Assembly (NCBI GenBank): GCA_951406725.2
Contig: OX597821.1
Span: 73,222,001-73,286,000 of the forward strand
Direction: 5' to 3'
DNA from: Octopus vulgaris
Lineage: Eukaryota
Length of the DNA: 64,000 nucleotides
The notes under the pieces are model-generated. The model was not told the DNA's origin. It made no database searches and worked only from the letters and a program-made list of their open reading frames with translations. This document shows, in pieces, positions 1-13,190 of this stretch. Every line of letters starts with the position of its first letter. Position 1 is the stretch's first letter. Made by a program: the position numbers and the translations under genes.

Positions 1-754
1 TGAGAAACAATTACCAATGTGCTGCATTATTAACTAAAACCTAGCCCCGGGGAGCCGTTATTTATAATTTATAGTCCATACTGCAGAACGCGTTCCACTA
101 ATAAACAAGTATAATAATTGTTGTTATCGTTTAGAACAATAAGAAATGGAATGATTTCAGATATTACAAATTCTGACAGCAATAAAAATACGAAGATACT
201 TTCCTTGTTGAAATGGAATTTAAATTTATCGGTGTTGGGTTTGTTTTCTACGAAATGAAATTAAGAGATTTGTAAAAAGAAAATATAAACGAAATAAATG
301 CAACATTTAAAAACTAGAATTTTAAATTTAGTTATTAACTTGGGCATATTTCAGTTATCAATCTCTCTAAAGCTGAAATGCGAAAAAGTTGTTTGATTTC
401 TTGGTTATTTTTCTCATTTTGGGATGGGGTCGGATTGGCACCAAAATTTACACTGGGGGGTAAAATGGGGTGGGAAATGGTGTAAGGAGGGCTGCAAGTC
501 GCTCGGGGCTACCGTTTGGTTGCCATGGTGAGGAATATGGGAAAAACTGAGTTTTATGGAATAGACAGGTTGCATTGTTTGAATAATGGTGGCTTTTCGT
601 GTTGCTGCAGCGGTAATGTTTAATTGTGGGTGGAAAAATTTGGGGTATTTTGGAAAGGGGGATAAAGAAGAGGGCAATAAAAAGAACCAGGCAAAGAAGA
701 CGAACAAAAGAAGAAAGGGAAAAGGAGACAACACGCACAAAACAACACCACCAC

Positions 755-790
755 CAAAACCCGAGCGAAGTACGAGTCAAAATAGCTAGT
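755..790 (+). mobile_element. Possible Helitron 3' terminus
   Basis: Imperfect hairpin acccgagcgaagtacgagt followed after about 7 nt by CTAG|T. The 5' end was not found. Confidence 0.35.
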
Positions 791-2297
791 GTATTTTATT
801 AATTTTAAATTTCTGTCTCAAATTTGGTCTTAGTTAGTTATGCTTATGGGTCCAGCCGGAAAGTATAATGACAGTTGCTTCTGAGGACTCTATCCTCACG
901 ACACTTGCGGGAATTGCTGTTTAGAGGTAAACGTTCGTATACTTTGGGACAACTGAATGGTAAACATATAACAGAAGTTATATTTTGTTCCCAATTATGG
1001 CATTTACTTCAATATGTCGATATTTAGAGATCAGGCCGCTAGGCACGGATATAACGAGAATAAAAACGAAAGGAACAAAATGAAGTTTAGACCGATGGTG
1101 TCCAAATCGACCGCGTAGAGTTAGCAGTTGGACAAATATGAATCCATCGGTTTACAGATATGATGATCGGCAGATATATTTGAACTGCTGTCGACTTCGA
1201 AATTGAGCTTTATAAAAAATATAGAGAATATGTATATAATGTACAGAGAATATAAACGAAGATGAGATAAACGAAATGAACGAGAGAGAAAATCTAAAGA
1301 ATATATGGAAAAGAAGAGAAGCGGAAGAAGACAAGACACTTGAAAGTGACACTAGCTTCGATCTCTCTAAATCGTTTTAATGTCCTTTCATTAATTCGAA
1401 TGAGACGCTGAAGTAAATATACTGTAATTTAAACCAACCTTGGAGCATTTTAATCAACCTTGTAAAAATGTCACAGAATATCCAGTTTATCCATTAATGA
1501 AACCATTTTCTATTTTATGTTGAGTCCTTAAAATATAAATGCTTCAAAGAAAACAAATTAATATCGAATCCTTTGAGATTAGTTAATCCGCTGGTTTAAT
1601 CCGCCCCAAAACCTGAGAGTAGCTTTACCCAAGGCTAACATCTTTTCTCCTAACTTAAAAATGATAAATATTCAATAAGAATGCTATAAAACATCATAAG
1701 CCCACCCCATTTTCATATACTCTGGTTAAACTGAAAACTGACCTGATATCCGTCATCTTAACAATTGCCGTTGTATCAAATTTTGCTTGCACACTTTAAA
1801 TTCAAGCAGTATGACTATGGATATAATATATCAATATAAAATGAACACTGCCAACTCCATTAACTCGTACATCAGCCTCATCGCCAATCCTTTTAAAATC
1901 TGGTTCAATCAACATACCTTTTCTTTAAGACATAATCCTTTAACTTATATTTCGGAGCCGATAAATAGAAACCTAACTTACAAGTCGAACCGGGATGTTT
2001 TCACCAAGGATAAATCCTACAGTGAGAAAAAAAATGGTGTGCGAGTTCTGTTCGGCCGATGTTTTACTTCGGTCAAGAACATTTTACTAATCATTCTAAA
2101 AGTTGTTTTCTTGCACTCATAAAATCTTTAAAGCAAAGTATTTCAACCCTATATCATACTCTTAATATGAAAGCAGCTCTTTTGTATTTGGCTATCTATC
2201 AGTCTATCTATTAGTGTATCTGTCTGTGTTTCTATCTTTCAAACTATCTCTTTCTCTCTCTCTCTCTTTCTCCATATATCTTTATCTATGAACTATC

Positions 2298-2341
<44 letters not shown>

Positions 2342-2346
2342 CTATC

Positions 2347-2425
<79 letters not shown>

Positions 2426-2541
2426 CGGAGATGTACTTGCATAGCAAGTGATTTGATCTGAGATCGTGTGCTGAAACGAAAACTATTGCAGCGTGGAAGG
2501 TGTTTGTAAACCATTTCAGAAACACCTTCCACGCTGCAATT

Positions 2542-2606
<65 letters not shown>

Positions 2607-2802
2607 GTATACATATATATATTTCGATTTTGGATTTGGTTTGCAAGATTCTTTATGTGAGTTCGTGCGTTGAAGCATATTCTGTTGTGTCTGGGGAGAC
2701 TCATTTTCATTTTGTGCCTTATAATTTAACACACTCACCAATAAAATGTCCACTTCTTCCTTATTTTTATTTTCCTAAAATTTTCGTTGCGTCTTGCTAA
2801 GC

Positions 2803-2872
<70 letters not shown>

Positions 2873-2873
<1 letters not shown>

Positions 2874-3427
2874 ATGCTTGACTTTTGCTTTACATTTGCA
2901 CAAACTGGCTCCAAGTCTCACCCAGTGACCTCAAGAGACAACAAGTTGGAAGTTCGTATTGGTGTTATGTCTAGGGTGCCATATATTTGGTTTTGTACTT
3001 AGTGTTGTACTAGTGAATGCCTAAAAAAACATACGAAAATTATGTTTGTTTTAAAACTTGAGATTACATAGAAAGTATTTTGCGTAGGATATGAGCAGTT
3101 CCCAAGAGCACTATCTTTTGAATTTCTGCAATTTTGGGGTTTCCTGGTATCTGAACTAGGTAGCAATCAGCCCCTTCTGCTATCATTCCTATGACAACAG
3201 GTATTTTAGTCTTCAGGTTCCACATTTTGCTGATTTCTATTTCAAGATCTTTATAATTGCTCAGTTTCTGGTCGGTCTTGACAGATACGTTTATATCGAT
3301 TGGGACAGTCATATCAATGAGGAGGCATGTTCTTTGTCTGAAGTTTTTCAATATGATGTCTGGCCTATTCGCATTTATCTTTCTGTCAGTTTGAATGGTG
3401 AAGTTCCAGAGGAGTGAGATGTGGTCA
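2873..3427 (-). mobile_element. 5'-truncated copy of the same R4/Dong LINE (endonuclease C-terminus + 3' UTR)
   Basis: ORF 3064-3618 LLWNFTIQTDRKINANRPDIIL...AHILRKILSM closely matches 44633-44995. (TTA)n on both flanks. Confidence 0.9.
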
Positions 3428-3439
3428 TTATTATTATTA

Positions 3440-3512
<73 letters not shown>

Positions 3513-3513
<1 letters not shown>

Positions 3514-4067
3514 GAGTGAGAGAGCAGTGCATGCCATCAAAGTGACACTGGGGTAAAATATGCGAAGCCCAGTATACTCATCATGACTACTCGTCAGATA
3601 AGAGTACACCAGGCACATGCATCACAACCATATGTGTGCGACATGGTGATCTCATAGCAAGATAAACAGCACATCACCTTGCAGATGGGTCCCAGTTAGA
3701 ATTTTCTTCTGGTCGAGTAACCCATTCCGCTCAAAAGGTCCCTGAATAAGGATTGTTTAAGGATGTTGAACGAAACACCCATGTTTCCAAAGGTGAATTA
3801 TCTAAACCTCTAAGAATTCCTTTCAACACATGACTATGATGCTCCCCCACTACTTCTGCTCGTGATCAGAGATGCACATATCATCAGCCACTAAGGGACA
3901 TGGTCAACTGGTTAAGGTCAAACAACTGATTAGCAAATATGTGGTATTGAGCAGAATATTTGCTGTAGCCCATCTTTTATACCAAGACAAAACAATGTAC
4001 ATGATAACACTTCCAATCAGTTAAGATCAGCAGCCATGAGAGTCACTGCCTGGTACAACATCAAGAC

Positions 4068-4069
<2 letters not shown>
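3513..4069 (-). mobile_element. Non-coding repeat embedded in (TTA)n
   Basis: (TTA)n on both sides. A second, shorter copy at 57100-57313 shares the end gagtgagagagcagt..atgccatcaaagtgacactgggg. Strand is inferred from the shared end. Confidence 0.7.
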
Positions 4070-4125
<56 letters not shown>

Positions 4126-5059
4126 CTCACCTTCCTGATGATTTTTTTTCTGTCTTACAATCCTCGTTATGTTTCATTATTTTTCTTATCTTTTCTCTCC
4201 TTTTTACTTCTCTTATCCCTTTATAGGTTCCAGTCACTTCAGCCTTAGTTATATCTTGTATAAAAGTATATTTTGTTAGAAATAATCTATTTATAATCTT
4301 CTTTATTTTGCCAGCACTATCGAACTCTTATCGAACAACACAAAGGAGCTAAATAATGTTCAGACGTGAAATATTTAAATCACTTCAATTTGTATTAATT
4401 AATTTTATATTATGAATTGTATATTATACGTTGTAATTTAAATATAATCATTCTAATTAAGTACACTGAATAACTCTAAATTATCTTAATTATTTAAGGT
4501 GTTTTAACTACTTTTAAATGTGTGAATCTGTATATACAATTACAAAATATACCACTCAGGAGACATTCTTCGATCGATTTTTATTGTATCTATAGATACG
4601 TAGTTGCACCCCCATCCCTTCTCATTCTTTGTCTTTTTACTTCAGGTCTTCAACAGTTACTTCCCCTTTCTTCCCTCTTCTTTCTTTATCCAACCTCACT
4701 TCCTCGTTTCCACCATCTTGCTAATTATACTTCGTTTTGCAAGTCCTTTTATCTCCCAAGTGTTTCTTCTTCTTAATATCAGTTTCAAATTTTGACACAA
4801 GGCCAGCAATATCGAAGGAAGACAATAAGTCGATTACATCAACCCAATTGTGTAACTGGTATTTAACTTATCGACCCCAAAAGGATGAAATAAGTACCAG
4901 TTGAGTACTGTGATTGATGTAAGCGACTTACCCCCTCCCCCCGAAATTGCTAATCTTCAGCCAAAACTTGATTCCAATATTAGCCTTGTCTTCTCCCTTT
5001 TTTCTCCAGCGTCACTTTACATCAATCGTCCCCTAATTCTCCGGCCCTGTTTTCTCGCA

Positions 5060-5110
5060 ATACTTTAGTCGAGCTCCAAATTATTGAAGGGACTTTTGAA
5101 TCACCCTGTA
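5060..5110 (-). mobile_element. Tc1/mariner-like TIR fragment
   Basis: Reverse complement TA-CAGGGTGATTCAAAAG, a typical mariner-like terminus. No partner found. Confidence 0.35.
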
Positions 5111-5208
5111 GATACATATATATATATATATATATATATAATGATCATATATATATATATATATATGTATGTATATATGCACATATATATATATATATAT
5201 GTATGTAG

Positions 5209-5256
<48 letters not shown>

Positions 5257-5290
5257 ACATATGTATATATGCATGCATACACACACACAT

Positions 5291-5323
<33 letters not shown>

Positions 5324-5398
5324 AACATATGAACATACGTACGCACACATGCATTGATGATGACGATAATGATGATGATGCTGATAATTATTATTATT

Positions 5399-5439
<41 letters not shown>

Positions 5440-5691
5440 AGTCGATTTTCTGATCGAAAAAAAAAGGAATTTGTTTTCGCATTGGCTTTTCAAGGAGAGA
5501 ATCTCAAGAGCCAAGCATTCTCCACATCTGACACGCCACTAACACTAAAAGATATCTCTGTGCCACCATACACAGATTGCAGTTGTAATTGTTTTGGCCA
5601 GTGACTTGATATCAGGGCGTAAATTGAAACAGAAGCAATTATATGGTGGAAGTCATCTTAGCCTTTTAAGGGCGCACGAAACCGCTACCTT

Positions 5692-5745
<54 letters not shown>

Positions 5746-5847
5746 GTATGTGGATAGATATATCTATATAGCCATGTGTATATAGCTACATCATATTAAT
5801 AATACGTATATTTAAATACATGCTTACATGCATGCACAAATGTGTAT

Positions 5848-5918
<71 letters not shown>

Positions 5919-7193
5919 ATACACGCACATATATACATACATATGTGTGTTTTTGTATATGTATATATGTAAACTCATGTTTCCATATCTACATAATATC
6001 GATGATACATACGTACAGGCATCTGTGTGTATGTTCGTGTGCGCGCATGTATGTATGTACGTATGTATGTATGTATGTATGTATGTATGTATGTATGTAT
6101 GCATGCATGCATGTATGTATGTATATATGTATGTATGTATGTATATATGTATGTATGTATGTGTGTGTATATACGCACACCCGTGCATATATACATATAT
6201 TCGCTTCTTTTGTGCTTAGAAATGATATCGCTTAGTTCTGCATTTTCCCCCTTTTTTTTTTCGCTATGCAACTGGCGGAAGATGAGATGCCCGGAAGCTT
6301 TATTTCAGTATCCTCACCAGTCCATTAAAGCGTGACCGTTTACTGATGCGAACCTTCATTCACTGCCATTGACAACATACTGCCTAAGAATAGAAGACAG
6401 AGAGAAAGACGACAAAAAGATGGTGTGTTGGAGGGGGGGAAGAAAGAACTAGAGAAAGATAGAAAGAAAAAGAAGACAGAAAGGAAGGAAGGAATCAAAC
6501 GAAATAAGGATGTGGCGTGCTGCCAAATCAACCTCTCACTGCATCATTTTGGCCGAGAGGAAATTCGTAGGATATCAACAAATAATCCACGATGGCGAAA
6601 AGTAAATTAAGAGACACGAAAACAATTATAAAAGATAATAAAATTAAATATAAATTTAAAAAAACAAAACAAAATGGCAAATGTTCAAACACTACAGGCT
6701 GCAGAAAGCAGTCGGTGAGAAATGGCGAAGTATCGCATTGGATTTGACGTCGAATTTGGCATTTGAGTTGTTAACAAGGTAGTTGCAAATGTGATGCTTC
6801 GTAATGAGATGTCATAAGGTGGCATGCGTCAACATACACAGTGAGTGGTAAATCGGAAAGGACCAGTCACTTCTTTGTCTTTTGTTTTGTTGCATTTGCA
6901 AACTGAATTATTATTTTATTCCAAATGAAATAAATTTTGTTCGGTAAAATTCTAAATAATTCTAGAATTGCGTGATCTATTATTCGACGGGGTAGGACAG
7001 ATAAATTGAGATGTCGGGTGAATTTGAAGGTAACTTACGAAGTAGAACAGATGAGCAACAGATAATACGAGCGTGAGACAGTAAGAAGGGGACGGACTAA
7101 TGGATTCTAGGAACCTGGGTGATGCTTACAGCCGAGATAGTAAAAATCAGTCACCTTCAAAACGTTTTACCTAAAAGCGATAATAGAAACCAA

Positions 7194-7617
7194 TAAGGCG
7201 GCGAGCTTGCAGAACCGTTAGCACGCCGGGCGAAATGCTTAGCGGTATTTCGTTTGCCGTTACGTTCTGAGTTCAAATTCTGCCGAGGAGGTCGACTTTG
7301 CCTTTCATCCTTTTGGGGTCGATTAAATAAGTACCAGTTACGCACTGGGGTCGATGTAATCGACTTAGTCCCTTTGTCTGTCCTTGTTTGTCTTCTCTGT
7401 GTTTAGCCCCTTGTGAGTAATAAAGAAATAGGTATTTCGCCTGCCGTTACGTTCTGAGTTTAAATTCCGCCGAGGAGGTCGACTTTGCCTTTCATCCTTT
7501 CGGGGTCGATTAAATAAGTACCAGTTACGCACTGGGGTCGATGTAATCGACTTAGTCCCTTTGTCTGTCCTTGTTTGTCTTCTCTGTGTTTAGCCCCTTG
7601 TGGGTAGTAAAGAAATA
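7194..7617 (+). mobile_element. tRNA-derived SINE (family B) with tandemly duplicated ~188-bp body
   Basis: Head ggcggcgagct.gcagaa, B-box-like gagttcaaatt, conserved gactttgcctttcatcctttcggggtcgat domain. 15-bp TSD gataatagaaaccaa at 7179-7193 and 7618-7632. Confidence 0.85.
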
Positions 7618-8323
7618 GATAATAGAAACCAACATGGAAAACATTCCCTTCCTGTCTACGATGATGAATATCAGCTCATATTCCAGCAAACCCTATAAAA
7701 AAAACTAGCAGCCATCTTCGTTACATACATTCAGTCTACGAAATGTTATTAAGCAAATTCTTATAGGAATAAGCAAATGCATAAGAAATATTTTCCCTAA
7801 TAAAGCAATTTATCATAGAGTCGAAGACAAATACAGACAGGTGTTTCGAGAAATAAAAGTACGACGAAGATAAACCTGCACGAGACAGATAGATAAGATT
7901 TAATTCACTCAATCCTTGAGCAAGAACATTATGGCCAGCATAACAAAACAATTTTGTCTTTGACCGACAATCACTTCCACAAAGACAACAAATTTTCATC
8001 TGCAATAATATAAAAATCAAGTTATTCCACATACCATTCTTTAAGAAAAACCATTTTGCTGCACAAACACAAAATTCTTCAGCGCGATTGAAGCAGAACA
8101 CACCTGAGGGGAGTTAACTGTAATGTGTTGGCCAGACTTGAGTGATTTCATCGTATGTCAGTCCACCCAACTAGAATAAACCCATGTTTGGTGCTGTGTC
8201 TTGTATCGGCTCAAAAGAAAGCTCATTTAAGAAGAGACCATACCAGCACGGGAGTTTTTTTTTAAACATCTTTAAAAAGAAAATACTACAACGCTCTCTG
8301 ATTAAATGACTTACCAGTTATAT

Positions 8324-8672
8324 CAGTGGGTCTCAATCATCTTTTTTTTATCTATGGACTCCTTTGATTACTATTTTATTATGGTGGATCCCCACCCCCA
8401 TAGCCATTCAATATTTAAAAAACTAGTTTTATGAATACTTCTTTTAAAATTCCTATTTTGTTTATCACACATTAACTTGTGAGCGTTGAACAATGTAAAA
8501 TGTTAGAGAAAGAAACTGAGCCGTTTACTGCAATAAATACATCGAAAGCAAAATGTTTTCATGAACCCTTAATATTCTACTACGGGTCCGAATTTACTAT
8601 TTAGATTGCGTGGACACACATAAGACTTATTTGGGCCCCGATGGGTTATATAGACCAGGTCGAGGACCAATG
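8324..8672. mobile_element. hAT (Charlie-like) MITE
   Basis: Degenerate TIRs cagtgggtctcaa / tcgaggaccaatg. 8-bp TSD agttatat / agttgtat. Confidence 0.65.
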
Positions 8673-8894
8673 AGTTGTATGTAAGCCCTTGTAAACAATA
8701 TGAAGGTCCGCTTTAAAACGAGGGAAAAAAGCAATAGTGAAAGGCATGAAGCAGTTATATCATGCTGCTTTGCTACTAATATATATATATATATATATAT
8801 ATATAATGATGAGCGAATGACTGATAGAGAAGTGGTGATAACTAGAAGAAGGAAGGGTAGGGGTTGCGGGTTGCAAGCACTTTTTTAGATTACC

Positions 8895-9386
8895 GGATCT
8901 TTTCTAAAAGATGGACAGAATTTTCTACTTAACTAAATAATTTGACACACACACATACTGGTAGAATGTGTCAAAAGAAAACATTAATTTCAATTAGTTT
9001 TTTTGAGAAATATGTATTTTGTAACTTTTACGTAGTTTAATTCTTCGAATTTTAACCAATCGTATTCTCTGTTTTGAGCTCAATTCATTTGCTGCCGTGT
9101 TATTCATCCTTATCACTGTCTTCTATTTTCTGTCTTCAAAGGCTTCTCGCATGTTTATTTCAATGTCATCTCTGACTTACGGAACGATTATCTGTATGTG
9201 TGTGTTTTTGTTGGTTATGTGTGTGCGTGTATGTGTTTGTTGTGTGTGTGTGTGTGTTATTGTTGTGTATGTGTGTGCGTGTGTGTGTTTGTTGTGTGTG
9301 TGTTATTGTTGTGTATGTGTGTGCGTGTGTGTATTTGTTGTGTGTGTGTGTTATTGTTGTGTATGTATGTGTGTTTTTGTTGCGTA

Positions 9387-9417
<31 letters not shown>

Positions 9418-10170
9418 TTATTGTTGTGTATGTGTGCGTGTGTTGTGTATCTCTTAAATCGATGAATTTCGTCGCCCAATAAAAATATTAACGATATCAA
9501 AGTTCAAAAAATATCGTTAATATTTTTATTGGGCGACGAAATTCATCGATTTAAGAGATACACAACACACGCACACATACACAACAAAAACACACACACA
9601 CACATACACAACAATAACACACACACACACACGCACACATACACAACAAAAAAACACACACATACACAACAATAACACACACACACGCACACGAACACAT
9701 ACACAACAAACACACACACACACACAACAAATACACACACGCACACACATACACAACAATAACACACACACACACAACAAACACATACACGCACACGCAT
9801 ACACAACAATAACACACACACACACAACAAACACATACACGCACACACATAACCAACAAAAACACACACACACAGATAATCGTTCCGTAAGTCAGGGATG
9901 ACATTGAAATAAACATGCGAGAAGCCTTTGAAGACAGAAAATAGAAGACAGTGATAAGGATGAATAACACGGCAGCAAATGAATTGAGCTCAAAACAGAG
10001 AATACGATTGGTTAAAATTCGAAGAATTAAACTACGTAAAAGTTACAAAATACATTTTTCTCAAAAAAACTAATTGAAATTAATGTTTTCTTTTGACATA
10101 TTTACCAGTATACGAAGTTTCAAATTATTTAGTTAAGTAGAAAATTCTGTCCATCTTTTAGAAAAGATCT
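8895..10170. mobile_element. Foldback element, ~1.27-kb palindrome
   Basis: Arms 8895-9497 and 9511-10170 are reverse complements around a 13-nt spacer. Flanking direct repeat (t)agattacc at 8886-8894 and 10170-10178. Confidence 0.9.
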
Positions 10171-10818
10171 AGATTACCAAATAACGGGAAAATTGTGAAA
10201 AATGAAAGTAAAAGTAAGCTCTAAGGATGGGAATTAGAATTGAGGTATACAGAATGTATGATAACTTAGTAAATTTATTAAATGAAATTAGAAAAGAATT
10301 TTAGATCAATACAAAGGAAAAAGGATAGAAATTAAACTTAGAACCTAATAATGGCGTACTTTAATATATAAGAGAAAGTACATGTTCCCCTTTTATTTGA
10401 TAATCTAAATAAGTGCTAGCCACCCCTACCCTTCCTTCTTCTCGTTATCCCCTCTTCTCCATCGGTCATTCTCTCGCTAGCAACTCTGAGACATATCCTT
10501 TTAAGCTAGATATATGGTCCCAGTAAAATAAGGGTCAGGGAGGTTGTTTGATATTAATTATCACCATCAGCAGGAACATAGACGACAACTCCCAATGGAT
10601 TTAATTCTAAATAGTTGAAGACTATATTCTGCATAAAATCTTATAAATAAAATTAATAAACATAAATAACTCTATCACCACTCCTATATCTTGACACACA
10701 CCCCCGACACACACACTATTTTCCTCTGCTACTCTCTAAATTAGACTACGCTTGATAACTTAGAAAGGTTTTGGCCGGTATTGGCCCAGGTCATGTCTAA
10801 CTTAATAACCCACCTGGC

Positions 10819-10823
10819 AAAAA
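10819..10823 (-). terminator. Pol III T-tract terminator of tRNA-Glu
   Basis: TTTTT 6 nt downstream of the discriminator base on the minus strand. Confidence 0.65.
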
Positions 10824-10829
10824 TTAGCG

Positions 10830-10901
10830 TTCCCATGCCGGGAATCAAACCCGGGCCGCCTGGGTGAAAGCCAGGAATCCTAACCACTAGACCACATGGG
10901 A
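10830..10901 (-). tRNA. tRNA-Glu(TTC) with T-loop variant (TTTG instead of TTCG); possibly impaired
   Basis: Reverse complement TCCCATGTGGTCTAGTGGTTAGGATTCCTGGCTTTCACCCAGGCGGCCCGGGTTTGATTCCCGGCATGGGAA folds as a full cloverleaf with anticodon TTC. No encoded CCA. T5 tract just downstream. Confidence 0.9.
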
Positions 10902-11519
10902 TATATGCTATGTATTTGGAAAATATGATATATATTTTTCTCTAAAGTCATTCTGCTACAAATATAACAAAAGGAAACAATGTAATTATTTTGGTTTCTG
11001 ATATTGATATAAATTTTGCTAAAAATGGTTTATCTTTTATGTTGGAAATCTATATGGTCATTTGCTTCTGAGGAGTACGGTCTCTTTCAAATTGATGTAA
11101 TGTTTTCATTGATCGATTAAATGGAACCGCTTGAAACGGCCCTAATACGCTGATACTTGGACATCCTTGTTACTTATTTGCTATATGAACTCCTATTGGA
11201 ACTTACATATTATGGACAAGAAGCCTTTTTACCGATTCTACACAACGCATGGATAATGGAATAGTAACTTTAACATCCAACATATATCTTTATTTTTATT
11301 CCTATATTTCCTTTTATTCTTCCTGTATCTCTCCCTTTCCGAAATAACTTCTTATATTGGACCCTACTATTTCCTTCTATTTAACTCTCGTATCGCCTGT
11401 GATGATGGGATATCTTTTATATCACTGAAACAGCTGTAAGACTACCCTTCTCTTTATAAAATATCTTTGAAATTTCACACTGCCTTGGCTTTGTTGTCTC
11501 ATTTTATCTAACTTATATA

Positions 11520-11563
<44 letters not shown>

Positions 11564-11934
11564 GCATATATGGGTAATACATGTATATAGACATATACAT
11601 GCACACACGCATACACACATACGCACACATTTATATGTATTCATGTAGGTATGTACATGTGTATGTATATAACATCTTGAATAATAATTTAAATATATTC
11701 AAAAGCTGCACGAATATTCTGCGTTTTAGAACAGAGAACCAAGAATCTTTAAGAAGCATAGACATATACTTTTTTTTAAAATAATATCACAAATAACTTT
11801 AAACAATAATCCTAATGCATAAAACTAATCCGAATGTTTTTGACTTGGAAACGAAACGAAAGGAAACGAAAAGAAACCAACGAAAATTACTCGACAGAAA
11901 ATGTCTGACTTAAACGCCATTTTTTCATTGATTT

Positions 11935-12140
11935 AAATTTTGGCGCAATGCTAACAATCCTGAGGGAGAGGTGAGTCAATTACATCGACCCTAGGGCTCA
12001 ACTGATACTTATTTCATCGATCCAAAGGGGCTTAAAAGCAAAGTGAACCTCGTCGGAATTTGATCTTAGAACATAAAGACGGACGAAATGCCGCTAAGCA
12101 TCTTCTCCGTCGTGTTAAGATCCTACCAGTTCGCCACCTA
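11935..12140 (-). mobile_element. Old family-B SINE
   Basis: Diverged match to the reverse complement of 42507-42708. Confidence 0.6.
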
Positions 12141-12769
12141 TGAACGCTTTCTTTGTATTACCTCCAAAGACTTTACAGATCAACCTGGAGTTCAGACTGA
12201 TAAATCCAGCCAAACAGAGATAAGTATAATTAGTAAAAACACTTTGGAACCGTTTATTTTGAATATGAAGTTATCAAACAACTTACCAATGGTGAGGGAA
12301 TAAAACCAAAGTTTGGTAATCCAGTGATTTAACGGAATCTGAGATAAAAGCGAAACTAAAGTCATCCAAGTAGACTTGGAAGGATTGTATCCATCGATTA
12401 TTTCTAAATTGCTGATATTGGGTAGGATTCTGTAGACTGTGTCGACCATTTACAAATTGTTGGTTTCGTCCTCATTTAAAAAATCGTTATTTTAATGATT
12501 TCTTAGTTTCGATGGGGTGAGAGATAGAGTTTTAATGGACTGTTGCACACACCAGCCTTGATACACAACCTGTAATCAGAACGAGAGCCTGGCTCTAATG
12601 GTAAGCTGCATCGATACAAATGATAGATTTTCATCTGATGCGTGACATTCACGGATGATCTGATGGTTGCCGAAAGTAAAAATAATAGGAAATAACTCTA
12701 GGAAGAGAGACTATAACTTTTCTGAAGGGCATTTAGTGGGATAGGGGAAGGGAATTTACGCTGTCGTCG

Positions 12770-12850
12770 ATGTCATCATCGTCTTCATTACCATCATCAT
12801 CATCATCGTCACCACCACTATCATCGTCCTCATCATTACGATCATCATCC

Positions 12851-12884
<34 letters not shown>

Positions 12885-13017
12885 TCATCCATCATCCATC
12901 ATCGTCACCAGCACTACCATCGTCCTCATCATTACAATCATCATCACCATCATCACCACCACCACTACCACCACCATCATCATCATCATCACCATCATCA
13001 TTACCACCACCATCACT

Positions 13018-13066
<49 letters not shown>

Positions 13067-13190
13067 CTACCACCACCATCACTACCACCACCACCATCAT
13101 CATCATCATCACCACCATCACGATCCATCATCGTTACGATCGCCACCTCCAATACCATCGTCCTCCTCCTCCTCCTCATCATCATCATCA
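12770..13190. repeat. (CAT/CAC)n compound trinucleotide microsatellite
   Basis: Direct reading. Source of the poly-S/P/D ORFs. Confidence 0.95.

Noticed and set aside
7736-8101. 121-aa non-repetitive ORF (also 12192-12449 and 1787-2122)
   Set aside because: No recognisable domain or splice context; compatible with chance ORFs in AT-rich DNA.
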